DNA of 64,000 bases, taken from an uncultured Alphaproteobacteria bacterium. Lineage in GTDB: Bacteria; Pseudomonadota; Alphaproteobacteria; Sphingomonadales; Sphingomonadaceae. The stretch lies in the NCBI GenBank assembly GCA_963781165.1, contig CAWADZ010000004.1:33975-97974 (forward strand), read 5' to 3'. Under the pieces are notes generated by a model. It was not told where the DNA came from. It made no database searches and saw only the letters and a program-made list of their open reading frames with translations. Of the stretch, positions 36,951 to 45,998 are shown one piece after another (the first letter of the stretch is position 1; every line of letters begins with the position of its first letter). Position numbers and translations under genes: made by a program.

Positions 36951-37005
36951 TCTCTGCGCTACCGCTTCGCTACTTGAGCGCATTATCTCTGCGCTACCGC
37001 TTCGC
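36951..37005. repeat. Perfect 20-bp direct repeat x2 in the rplA 3' region
   Basis: TCTCTGCGCTACCGCTTCGC at 36951-36970 and 36986-37005, with a 15-bp spacer. Confidence 0.9.
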
Positions 37006-37008
37006 CAG

Positions 37009-37701
37009 TTAAGCGCCTTCGACCTCTGCAAGGTCGATCTTCAGGCCCGGGCCCATCGTGCTGGTCAGCGCGATCTTGCGGACATATTTGCCCTTCGATC
37101 CCGTCGGCTTGGCGCGCACGATTGCGTCGGTGATCGCCTTGAAGTTTGCCTTGATGTCGGCATCCTTGAACGACATCTTGCCGATGCCGGAGTGGATGAT
37201 GCCCTGCTTCTCAACACGGAATTCAACCTGGCCGCCCTTGGCGTCCTTTACAGCCTGTTCCACGTTGGGAGTGACAGTGCCCAGCTTCGGGTTCGGCATC
37301 AGGCCCTTGGGACCCAGAACCTTACCGAGACGGCCGACAACGCCCATCATGTCCGGCGTGGCGATCACGCGGTCATAATCGAGATTGCCGTTCTGCATGT
37401 CTTCCATCAGGTCTTCAGCGCCAACCTTGTCGGCGCCGGCAGCAGTTGCCTTTTCGGCGTTTTCGCCGCGGGCAAACACTGCAACCTTCACGTCCTTGCC
37501 GGTGCCCGAAGGCAGCGACACCATGCCGCGAACCATCTGGTCCGCATGGCGCGGATCAACGCCGAGGTTCATGGCAACTTCGACGGTTTCGTCAAACTTG
37601 GCCTTGTGCTCGCGAAGAACCGACAGAGCTTCGTCGAAAGTGTACAGCTTTTCGTTATCGAGCTGCGCCACAACTTTCTGCTTCTTGGTCATTTTTGCCA
37701 T
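37009..37701 (-). CDS. rplA: 50S ribosomal protein L1
   Basis: [25 protein letters not shown]; [12 protein letters not shown]. Confidence 0.98.
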   Translation of the reverse strand: MAKMTKKQKVVAQLDNEKLYTFDEALSVLREHKAKFDETVEVAMNLGVDPRHADQMVRGMVSLPSGTGKDVKVAVFARGENAEKATAAGADKVGAEDLMEDMQNGNLDYDRVIATPDMMGVVGRLGKVLGPKGLMPNPKLGTVTPNVEQAVKDAKGGQVEFRVEKQGIIHSGIGKMSFKDADIKANFKAITDAIVRAKPTGSKGKYVRKIALTSTMGPGLKIDLAEVEGA

Positions 37702-37705
37702 TGGA

Positions 37706-38137
37706 TCAGCCCTCCACCACTTCGATGCCCATCGAACGGGCGGAACCGGCGATGATCTTTGTCGCCTGGTCGATGTCGTTTGCGTTGAGATCCTTCATCT
37801 TGGTCTCGGCAATTTCGGCAAGCTGGCTGGTCTTGATGGAGCCGATGATATCCTTGCCGGGCTCTTTCGAACCGGATTTGATCTTCATCGCCTTCTTGAT
37901 CAGGAAGCTGGCAGGCGGCGTCTTGGTGACGAATGTGAACGACTTGTCCGCAAAGACCGTGATCTTCGTCGGGATCGGAGCGTTCTTTTCCATGTCCTGC
38001 GTGGCAGCGTTGAACGCCTTGCAGAATTCCATGATGTTCACGCCGCGTTGACCCAGAGCCGGGCCGATAGGGGGTGACGGATTGGCTGCGCCGGCAGGCA
38101 CCTGAAGGCTGATATAGCCGTCAATTTTCTTGGCCAT
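37706..38137 (-). CDS. rplK: 50S ribosomal protein L11
   Basis: [30 protein letters not shown]; AGGAGG RBS. Confidence 0.98.
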   Translation of the reverse strand: MAKKIDGYISLQVPAGAANPSPPIGPALGQRGVNIMEFCKAFNAATQDMEKNAPIPTKITVFADKSFTFVTKTPPASFLIKKAMKIKSGSKEPGKDIIGSIKTSQLAEIAETKMKDLNANDIDQATKIIAGSARSMGIEVVEG

Positions 38138-38192
38138 GATGGCCTCCTTTTTCGCACTGTTGCCCCGGGTTTGACACCAGGGCTCATGTTAA

Positions 38193-38226
38193 GCGGTCTA
38201 GCGAAGCGCGATTGCCCTTCTCCCGC
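38193..38226 (-). promoter_or_regulatory. Putative L1 autoregulatory hairpin in the rplK leader
   Basis: Minus strand GCGG-GAG-AAG..GC/GC..CTT-CGCT-AGA-CCGC, a stem with an asymmetric internal loop about 55 nt before the rplK start. L1 feedback on rplKA is established in other bacteria. Confidence 0.4.
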
Positions 38227-38552
38227 GTGGATTCCCGAACTGTTTGTTGGGAGCCGGGCAGATAGAGGCAAAGCGGCGGAAAATCAAGCAATCGTGCAAA
38301 GCTGAAAGAGGGTGACAAAGGTTACACCCTGTCACCCTGCCTGAAAGAGCATATCCATCTGTTTCTAAATCGTTTTTTGCTCCGTTTACCAGGGTGACAC
38401 ATTTGCCTGAAAAATTGGCAATGCGGCGCCGGGGAATTAACCGACCTATTGATCAGGATATCGACTGTAGGAAACCGCGTTGGGGCCCTTGCATCGCAGA
38501 TATCCTGCGCCGAAAGCTGATTGCGGGCAGCGCAACACAGGACGAGCAAACG

Positions 38553-39353
38553 ATGAATACCCCCGCCATATCCGTCGCGGATGCGCCCCCTCCAGTCGCG
38601 CTGACCGCCAAGGCTTCCATCGGCTGGCCGCTGTTTATCGCCCAATTGGTAAGCGTGGTGATCGTCTATTTCATCGGCAGTACCCTGCCGCTGGTCCCCT
38701 CCATGATTACGCAGGTTTCCGCAGGCGTGACCGATCCCCAGTTCACCTCATTGGAGGTCGCGTTGACCGTGATGGTCAGCATGGCTCTCGCCCTGTTACT
38801 GTGCTGGGTGTGGCTGCGCCGCGAAGGCCGCGTGGCAGAGGCGTGGGACCTGTCCACTCCCGCTAGCTGGAGCAAGGTGCTTGGCTTGGCCGCGATGGCG
38901 ACCGTAGGTTCCATACTGATCTTCACAGTAGGAGCCGCCTTGCTGCAGGCTGCGGGACTGCCCGCGCCAGACGCCAGCTTCGTGCTCGATCTTGTGACCG
39001 AAAGCCCGCTGATGTTCGCCATCTGGGTCATCGGCGTCGCAATCCTTGCCGCCGGGGTCGGCGAAGAACTGCTGTGGCGCGGCTTTCTGATGGACCGGTT
39101 GGAACGGCTGGGCGGACTGCGCGGCCGCGTGTGGCTTGTGCTGGCGGTGCAGGCGATTTTGTTCGGCCTGCCGCACGCCTACCAAGGGCTTGCCGGGATG
39201 ATCCTGACCGCCGCAATCGGCCTCCTGCTGGGCTGGGTGCGGATCATGCAGCGCGGCAATCTTTGGGCGGTGATTATCGCCCATGCCAGCGTGGACGTGA
39301 TCATGATGAGCCTGGCCTATGCAAGCAAGACAGGATGGATCCCGGTACCCTGA
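38553..39353 (+). CDS. CPBP (CAAX-protease/Abi) family intramembrane metalloprotease
   Basis: Polytopic; GEELLWRG (EExxxR), LFGLPHAY, IIAHASVD. Confidence 0.88.
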   Translation: MNTPAISVADAPPPVALTAKASIGWPLFIAQLVSVVIVYFIGSTLPLVPSMITQVSAGVTDPQFTSLEVALTVMVSMALALLLCWVWLRREGRVAEAWDLSTPASWSKVLGLAAMATVGSILIFTVGAALLQAAGLPAPDASFVLDLVTESPLMFAIWVIGVAILAAGVGEELLWRGFLMDRLERLGGLRGRVWLVLAVQAILFGLPHAYQGLAGMILTAAIGLLLGWVRIMQRGNLWAVIIAHASVDVIMMSLAYASKTGWIPVP

Positions 39354-39451
39354 AGCATAGATCCGGCCCGCCTGCGATCTACACACGCGTTTTTCGCGCT
39401 TGCCCATTGCGCGGCGCTCAATCACATTGATGCAAAGGACATGGCAAACCG

Positions 39452-40276
39452 GTGCAGCATTCGTCGATTAGTGAGAGCAAACAGCAGCCTGGCCCGCTGA
39501 CAGGCGCGCAGTTCGGATGGCTCGGCATTGCAGCACTCTTCGTGATCTATCTTGCCGTGTTTTCGCTGACCCGCCCGGGCGGGATTGGCGAACAATTGTG
39601 GCGGGCGACTTACAACACAGCGCCGATCATTCCGCTCGCATTCGGGACGCACGCATTGCTGAATGCGCAAGTCTGGCCGCGCCGGCTGGCGGTGGTCCTT
39701 GCATTGCAATTGCCGCTGGCGCTGACCTTCGCATTTGCATGGTATCTGGGCATCATCGTGCTGCGCGATTTGCCCGGAAACTGGGTGCAGGATGGCTTCG
39801 CCGTGCGCCCCTTCGTGCCCATCGCGCTGGTATGGCAGATGTTTCAGGGTATGACATTGTATGCGGTGATCGCGCTCGCCAGCCTCTCACTCCACCTGTC
39901 GCTCCGGTTGCGTACAGCGCAGGAGGCTGGCCCGGCACCGCGCCCCGCCGTCCCCGAAGGCCTGCTGGTCAAAGACGGGAATGAACATCACGCAGTGGAG
40001 CATGGCGAGATCGTGCGCATTTCCGGCGCGGGCGATTACTGCGAACTGCATCTGACCGGCCGCACCATCATGTCCACGACCTCGCTGGCGGAATTCGAGC
40101 AGCGGCTGCCGGACGGCCTGTTCTTTCGCGCGCACCGGTCCCACATCGTGCGCGTTGGCGCGGTTACGCGGACCGAACCGGCAGGCAATGGCCGCACGAC
40201 GCTGCACCTGCTCGGCGGAAGCACATTGGTAACCAGCCGCTCCGGCACACGGGCTCTGCGCGAGGCATCGAGTTGA
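39452..40276 (+). CDS. Membrane-anchored LytTR transcriptional regulator (copy 2)
   Basis: TM helices with WQMFQG..LY (copy 1 has WQIFQG..LY); LytTR domain FFRAHRSHIV; RTEPAGNGR is identical to copy 1. Start codon uncertain. Confidence 0.87.
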   Translation: MQHSSISESKQQPGPLTGAQFGWLGIAALFVIYLAVFSLTRPGGIGEQLWRATYNTAPIIPLAFGTHALLNAQVWPRRLAVVLALQLPLALTFAFAWYLGIIVLRDLPGNWVQDGFAVRPFVPIALVWQMFQGMTLYAVIALASLSLHLSLRLRTAQEAGPAPRPAVPEGLLVKDGNEHHAVEHGEIVRISGAGDYCELHLTGRTIMSTTSLAEFEQRLPDGLFFRAHRSHIVRVGAVTRTEPAGNGRTTLHLLGGSTLVTSRSGTRALREASS

Positions 40277-40290
40277 TAGCGAGGCGATTG

Positions 40291-40340
40291 GCTGTTCACC
40301 GGCGCTGAGTGTCGATTGGCAGAAAATCGGATGGGTTTTC
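40291..40340 (+). promoter_or_regulatory. Putative LytTR-responsive promoter element (copy 2)
   Basis: Ungapped homology to 34226-34275, in the same position just after the LytTR stop codon. Confidence 0.5.
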
Positions 40341-40387
40341 AATCGCAAGGGTAGCCTCCGCGTGACTCAATCGAACGGAGCGTTTCC

Positions 40388-41755
40388 ATGCGATCACTGC
40401 TGACCCTCGCTGCCCTGCTTTCGCTGTCCATGGCCGGTCCTGCCGCCGCGCAGGATGATGCCACAGCCTTCGACAACGTGACCATAATCACGATGACCGA
40501 AAGCGGCACTTTTCATGGCGGCCATGTGATCGTGGATGATGGTTTGATCGTGGCGGTTGGCAAAGGGCCGCTGCCCGCCGGGTTTGAGGGGCAAGTGATC
40601 GCAGGCGGTGGCGCTGTGCTGATGCCCGGCATCGCCGACATGCATGTCCATTATTATGCGGACGACATGGGCGTCCTGTATCTGGCGAACAGCACCACTT
40701 TCGTGCGCAATCTGACCGGCAGTGTGCAGACCGTGCGGCGCGATCAGGCGGCCCGCGATGGCGCGCTGCTCGCCCCGCGAGTGGCCACCAGCGGCCCGAT
40801 CATCGATTGGGGAGAGGCTTCGCCGGACGATTTCTTCATCCGTGTGCAGAGCATACCGGAAGCGGTGGGCGCAGTCCGGTCACAGGGCCGGTCCGGCTTT
40901 GACGCGGTGAAGCTTTACAGCGGCCTGCCCGCCGACACCTACCGCGCCGCTGCCGAAGAAGCGCGCCGGCAGGGAATGCGCATTTTCACCCACGTGCCCG
41001 ATGCGATGAGCGTGCAGGAAGTGCTCGCTCTGGAAGTCGATTCCATCGAACATCTGGATGGATATGCGCGGGCGTTGGTGCGCGATAATTTCACCACCGA
41101 CGCGCGCCGCCCATGGCCGATGATGTGGGCCAATGCGGACCGGGACAAATTCGCCGGGCTGGTGGACGCCACACTTGCGGCTGGCACATGGAACGTGCCG
41201 ACCTTCGCAATCACTTACGGACGGCTATATTCAGCCGATCCGGACGCCTATTTCGCACGTCCAGAGGCGATTTATCTGCCGGCATGGGCTGATTACTGGG
41301 CGCAGAGCGCGGGACAATATGCGGACAACATCCCGTATTACGAGGCGCAATTGCGCGAAAAAGGTGCCTTCACGCGAACGTTATATGATGCAGGCGCCGG
41401 CGTGCTGATCGGCAGCGACGGGCCCAATCCCTTCGTCACGCCCGGCTATGCCATACATGATGAGCTGCGCGGCTTTGCGGAAGCGGGCTTCACCAACGCC
41501 GAAATTCTGCGCATCGCAACTGTCGATGCAGCACGGTTCATGGGGATGGAAGGACGCATGGGTGTGATTGCGCCGGGAGCACGTGCCGATTTGATAATGC
41601 TGCGCGCTGACCCGCATGACGATCTGGAGATCTTGCGTGAACCGCTGGGCGCAATGGTCGGCGGCAATTGGTGGGACCGCGAAGCAATTGACGCGGCGCT
41701 GGCGGACCGTGTGGCCCGGCTGGCGGCAGAGCGGGAACAGATGGGGCGGGAATAA
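40388..41755 (+). CDS. Secreted amidohydrolase-family protein
   Basis: Signal peptide; LMPGIADMHVH, DAVKLY, IFTH, SIEH, IGSDG, GVIAPGARADLIML. Confidence 0.88.
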   Translation: MRSLLTLAALLSLSMAGPAAAQDDATAFDNVTIITMTESGTFHGGHVIVDDGLIVAVGKGPLPAGFEGQVIAGGGAVLMPGIADMHVHYYADDMGVLYLANSTTFVRNLTGSVQTVRRDQAARDGALLAPRVATSGPIIDWGEASPDDFFIRVQSIPEAVGAVRSQGRSGFDAVKLYSGLPADTYRAAAEEARRQGMRIFTHVPDAMSVQEVLALEVDSIEHLDGYARALVRDNFTTDARRPWPMMWANADRDKFAGLVDATLAAGTWNVPTFAITYGRLYSADPDAYFARPEAIYLPAWADYWAQSAGQYADNIPYYEAQLREKGAFTRTLYDAGAGVLIGSDGPNPFVTPGYAIHDELRGFAEAGFTNAEILRIATVDAARFMGMEGRMGVIAPGARADLIMLRADPHDDLEILREPLGAMVGGNWWDREAIDAALADRVARLAAEREQMGRE

Positions 41756-41773
41756 TCCCGCCCGCACATCTGT

Positions 41774-42313
41774 TTACTTGACCAGTTCGACCTGATCGAA
41801 ATCGAGTTCCACCGGCGTTGCGCGGCCGAAGATCGAAACGCTGACCTTGACCTTCGCCTTGTCGAAATCGAGTTCCTCGACTTCGCCGTTGAAGCTGGCG
41901 AACGGGCCTTCCAGCACCTTGACCTGATCGCCGATTTCGTAATCGACGCTGATGTCTTTCTTCGGTGCAGACTTGGCCTCTTCGACACCGCCGAAATAGC
42001 GCGCAGCTTCTTTTTCGCTGATCGCCTGCGGCTTGGCGCCTGAACCGAGGAAGCCGGTGACCTTGGGCGTGTTTTTCACGAGGTGATACACGTCATCCGT
42101 CATGTTCAGCTTTGCCAGCACGTATCCGGGCATGAACTTGCGTTCGACCTGAACCTTCTTGCCGCGCTTGATTTCCGTGATGGTTTCGGTCGGCACTTCG
42201 ACCTCTTCGACACCTTCGGAAAGACCGAGACGTTCGGCTTCGGACAGGATCGCTTCGCGTACCTTGTTCTCGAAACCGGAATATGCGTGGATGATGTACC
42301 AGCGGGCAGCCAT
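41774..42313 (-). CDS. nusG: Transcription termination/antitermination factor NusG
   Basis: RWYIIHAYSGFENKV; KOW domain VLEGPFASFNG; VSIFGRATPVEL. Confidence 0.98.
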   Translation of the reverse strand: MAARWYIIHAYSGFENKVREAILSEAERLGLSEGVEEVEVPTETITEIKRGKKVQVERKFMPGYVLAKLNMTDDVYHLVKNTPKVTGFLGSGAKPQAISEKEAARYFGGVEEAKSAPKKDISVDYEIGDQVKVLEGPFASFNGEVEELDFDKAKVKVSVSIFGRATPVELDFDQVELVK

Positions 42314-42385
42314 TGTTGTCTCTTCTTCCCTCAAAAAATCCGTACGGCCCGGCCTGAATTTCGGCGGGCGGGTTAAATCACCGCG

Positions 42386-42610
42386 TCAAAGCAGTTCGAG
42401 CAAGCTGCGAACAACCCAGCCGAAGAACGAATCGACGCCCAGGAAAAACAGCGACAGGAACACCACCATGATGCCCACGAAAATCGCCGTTCGCACGGTT
42501 TCGGGCCATGTCGGCCAGACAACCTTGGAGGTTTCGGAGCGGACCTGACGGACGAATTCGCCCGGACTGGTCTTCTTCTTTACTGGCGCATTCGTTGTTG
42601 GTTCGGCCAT
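42386..42610 (-). CDS. secE: Preprotein translocase subunit SecE
   Basis: FVRQVRSETSKVVWPT plus one TM helix, directly upstream of nusG. Confidence 0.96.
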   Translation of the reverse strand: MAEPTTNAPVKKKTSPGEFVRQVRSETSKVVWPTWPETVRTAIFVGIMVVFLSLFFLGVDSFFGWVVRSLLELL

Positions 42611-42900
42611 TGCCTGTGTGCTCGCCTGAATAATTTCACTCGTCTCGCCGACCGGGTAACGGGTAGGTCTCCGGGCCGCCCCGGGCTAGGTCCGGGAGGG
42701 GCTTGGCGATTATCCGATGTCGGAAGACGAGGGGGTATTTAGGGCCGTGCTCGCCTCTTGGCAAGTGCTGCGCGCGGCCATTTGCTCCCCAGGAAAGGCC
42801 GACAATTCTCACCCGAATGCGAAATGGGGGCTTTGCAGCGGCGCTTTGGCCCTTTAGCAACCCTGCCTTCGGGGAAGAAAACCACATAAGGGGTCACTAC

Positions 42901-44436
42901 GTGGCAGCACAAGACGCACCGGTCAGCCTGGTCGACAGAGTTACCAATGTTTCGGATTTCATCTGGGGCGGTACGTGGAACGGGGAGGCGCTGTCGTGGC
43001 TTTCCATAAACGGCCAGCCGATCCCGCCGATGACGCTGATCCTGCTGGGCATCGGCATGTGGATCATGATCGGTCTGCGCTTTTACCCGATCGTCAAATT
43101 GGGCAGTGCCTTCAAAGGCCTGTTTGCTGGCCGCAAGAGCCAAGGATCAGGCGAGATTTCGCCGTTCGCAGCCCTTTCCACGGCGCTTTCAGGGCAAGTC
43201 GGCACAGGAAACCTGGCCGGTGTCGCAACCGCAATTTCCCTTGGCGGACCAGGGGCGATCTTCTGGATGTGGATCACGGCGCTGATCGGCATGGCGCTTG
43301 CCTTTGCCGAAGGTTCGCTGGCCATTCGTTACCGCGAAAAGACATCGGACGGCGTCTATCGCGGCGGCCCGATGACCTACATCATGATGGGCCTGGGCAA
43401 GAAATGGACTTGGCTCGCCATCGTTTTCTGTATCGGCACGCTGTTCAGCGCGCTGGTAACGGGCAATTCCATTCAGGCCAACGCCATCGCGGACGGCATG
43501 AACGAACTGTTCGGTATCGAGGAATGGGTCGGCGGCCTTGTGACTGCGATCCTGGTCTTCATCGTCATCATCGGCGGCATCAAATCAATCGGCGGCGTGG
43601 CGGAAAAGATCATTCCGTTCATGGCGGGCGCCTACATCATCATGGCCGTGATCGCGCTGATCCTGAACTTCCAGGATCTGCCCGAAACCTTCAGCCTGAT
43701 CTTTAACGGCGCGTTCAACCCGCAGGCCGCTACCGGCGGTTTTGCTGGCGCGGCGATCATGCTGGCCATCCGTGCCGGTGTGGCGCGCGGACTGTTCTCC
43801 AACGAGGCGGGCCAAGGCTCTACCCCGATCGCTCATGCTGTCGCGCAGACAAACGATCCGCAGCAGCAAGGCCGCATGGCGATGCTGGGCACGTTCATCG
43901 ATACAATCGTAATCTGCACCATGACAGCGCTGGTCATGTTGACAGTCGAAGGCAATTTCACGGCAGGCGGCGAAACCGTGATCCATGCGTGGAATTCGGA
44001 CCTTGAAGGCTTCGCCATGACCAGCGGCGCCTTTGCCGCAGCCTTCCCGTTTGAGATATTCAGCGTCCCGCTGGGTACGCTGATCGCAAGTGTCGCGCTG
44101 ATCCTGTTCGTGTTCACCACGCTGCTGACGTGGAGCTATTACGGGGAACGGGCAATCACCTTCATTTACGATCGTACGCCGGGCTCCACCCGTGCGGGCG
44201 AGAAGGTGCTGCACATGATCTGGCGCGTACTGTGGTGCGTAGTCATCTACCTCGGCTCCACACTCGACCTGACCCTGGTCTGGCGGATGGGCGACATTTC
44301 CAACGCTGCGATGGCGCTGCCGAACTTGCTGGCGCTGCTGCTGCTGTCAGGTGTGGTGTTCAAGCTGGCGCGGGGCGAAAAGGATGCCGGGCCAACGCAT
44401 CTGGCCGATACTCCCGAAGAACCGGAAGAGTATTAG
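42901..44436 (+). CDS. Alanine/glycine:cation symporter (AGCS family)
   Basis: LSGQVGTGNLAGVA, GGPGAIFWMW, GGPMTY, RGLFSNEAGQGS; GTG 42901 follows AAGGG. Confidence 0.93.
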   Translation: MAAQDAPVSLVDRVTNVSDFIWGGTWNGEALSWLSINGQPIPPMTLILLGIGMWIMIGLRFYPIVKLGSAFKGLFAGRKSQGSGEISPFAALSTALSGQVGTGNLAGVATAISLGGPGAIFWMWITALIGMALAFAEGSLAIRYREKTSDGVYRGGPMTYIMMGLGKKWTWLAIVFCIGTLFSALVTGNSIQANAIADGMNELFGIEEWVGGLVTAILVFIVIIGGIKSIGGVAEKIIPFMAGAYIIMAVIALILNFQDLPETFSLIFNGAFNPQAATGGFAGAAIMLAIRAGVARGLFSNEAGQGSTPIAHAVAQTNDPQQQGRMAMLGTFIDTIVICTMTALVMLTVEGNFTAGGETVIHAWNSDLEGFAMTSGAFAAAFPFEIFSVPLGTLIASVALILFVFTTLLTWSYYGERAITFIYDRTPGSTRAGEKVLHMIWRVLWCVVIYLGSTLDLTLVWRMGDISNAAMALPNLLALLLLSGVVFKLARGEKDAGPTHLADTPEEPEEY

Positions 44437-44451
44437 AGAGCGCGGGAAATC

Positions 44452-44501
44452 GGGGCGAGGTTTCGGGTAAGCCAGCAGGCGAACCCGGCCCCGCCCCTTT
44501 T
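44452..44501 (+). terminator. Probable terminator after the AGCS gene
   Basis: GGGGCG...CGCCCC outer stem and CGGGT/ACCCG inner stem, followed by TTTT. Confidence 0.5.
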
Positions 44502-44528
44502 CGCGGGCAAGGCCAGTTCACTCCAGTA

Positions 44529-44675
44529 TCAGGCGCGTCCGAGGAGCCGGTCGAGAAAGCTCGGCTCTTCCATGGGATGGATCTTGCCGTGCGTCATCAT
44601 GCGAAGGCTGGTGTCTGAATAAGGCTTCGGATTGTTCCAACCGTCAGACCGGCCAGTGCGGAATATCTTCCTCAT
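44529..44675 (-). CDS. Small hypothetical protein (48 aa)
   Basis: MRKIFRTGRSDGWNNPKPYSDTSLRMMTHGKIHPMEEPSFLDRLLGRA; occupies an otherwise empty gap and ends in an amphipathic FLDRLLG. Confidence 0.45.
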   Translation of the reverse strand: MRKIFRTGRSDGWNNPKPYSDTSLRMMTHGKIHPMEEPSFLDRLLGRA

Positions 44676-44761
44676 TTTGAAAACCCTGTTGCTGCCCCGT
44701 CCTGCGATAGACAAGTCGCGTAGGCTTGTTGGGTTCCCCCGCCGCTCCTGCGGGAACGTGT

Positions 44762-45928
44762 TTAGGATGGTTTTTTGGCAGCGCCGCCGCGCGACCAGAC
44801 CAGCCAGACCAGCGCAATAGACGCCAGCGGCATGAGGTTCGCGCCAAGCGGAAGCGCAGCCGCCCTGGTGGCGTAGGGCGCGAAATACAGCACGACGAGC
44901 AGCAGCTTCTCAAACGGGCGAAAGCCCTGCTGCAATCCTTCGCGCACCAGCCACAGCAGCGGCAGGATCAGGAACGGCAGATCGTAATTGAACAGATAGG
45001 GCGAGGCGAGCGCCGTTGCGGCCAGCACCAGCGCGCCGCTGGCAAGAGCATCGCGGCCCATCCGCCGCCACGCCATGAACGCCGCCGCCATCATGGCCAG
45101 CGCGCTAGCCAGATTGACGGCGAGCGCAAATCCTGTCGGCGCGAACAGGCGCAGCTGGCTGTAGGGCGTGGCCATGCGCAAATAGAACTCCGTGTCGTCG
45201 CTCTGCATGATCAGCGCGCTGACATCCCAGCTGGTGGTATAGGCGGCCAGCGTCTGCGTGCCGAATACCGCCCAGGACAGCAGGACAAGCCCAATTGCGC
45301 TCGTCCCCGCCGCCAGAAATGCGCGCCATTTGCCCGCTCCGGCAAGCCAGAAGGGGACCAGCAGCGCCAGATGGGGCTTGATGATCAGCGCGCCGAGCAA
45401 CAATCCGGCGGCGGCAGGCCGCTTGTCCAGCAACACCGCGCCCCCCACCAGCAGCGCGCCGGTCAGCAGCCCCAATTGCGCATGGCCAGCGGCGAGCAAT
45501 GCCCCCGGAAAGACCAGCACCAGCGGCCACAGGCGCGGGACCGCGCGAATGCTCGCCCAGCTCCACGCGGCGAAAGTTAGTGCGACCCATGCAATCCACG
45601 CGGCAGGAAACGGGAGCGCCCCGAAAGGTGCAGCGACAAACAGGAATGGCGGCGGATTGACGAAGGCAAACCACCCTTCACTGCCCGTGGCGGTCTGCAC
45701 ACGTTCTTGCACGGCAAGGTCATATGCCGCCGCCGGATCGCCTGCGATGGCGACATGCCCTGCGCCCCAGAAGGCGAGGAAATCCGTGCCGTCCGCGCCC
45801 ATCGCTTTCAGGAAGGAATTGGCCAGCAGCGCCAGACTGGCGAGACCGAGGATCACCGCATAACCGCGCACACGGGCGGGGTTCAGCCAATCGGCGTTGC
45901 GAATGTGATTGAGGAAAGGCTCGCGCAT
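44762..45928 (-). CDS. GT-C fold glycosyltransferase family 87 / DUF2029 membrane protein
   Basis: GTDFLAFWGAG, FVNPPPF, GQLG-like HAQLG, IKPHL, SPYLFNYD; polytopic. Confidence 0.85.
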   Translation of the reverse strand: MREPFLNHIRNADWLNPARVRGYAVILGLASLALLANSFLKAMGADGTDFLAFWGAGHVAIAGDPAAAYDLAVQERVQTATGSEGWFAFVNPPPFLFVAAPFGALPFPAAWIAWVALTFAAWSWASIRAVPRLWPLVLVFPGALLAAGHAQLGLLTGALLVGGAVLLDKRPAAAGLLLGALIIKPHLALLVPFWLAGAGKWRAFLAAGTSAIGLVLLSWAVFGTQTLAAYTTSWDVSALIMQSDDTEFYLRMATPYSQLRLFAPTGFALAVNLASALAMMAAAFMAWRRMGRDALASGALVLAATALASPYLFNYDLPFLILPLLWLVREGLQQGFRPFEKLLLVVLYFAPYATRAAALPLGANLMPLASIALVWLVWSRGGAAKKPS

Positions 45929-45998
45929 TACAGGCGTGTTAGCGCATTTTGGTTGAGGGGATATGATTGTTTGTTTCAGCCCGTCCATCCGGTCGTGC

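Noticed and set aside
36951-37005. 20-bp direct repeat as a mini CRISPR array
   Set aside because: Only two units, a 15-bp spacer, no leader and no cas genes.
42735-42900. Glycine riboswitch expected upstream of an AGCS transporter
   Set aside because: No GGAGA, CCGAAG or CTCTCAGG aptamer motifs are present.
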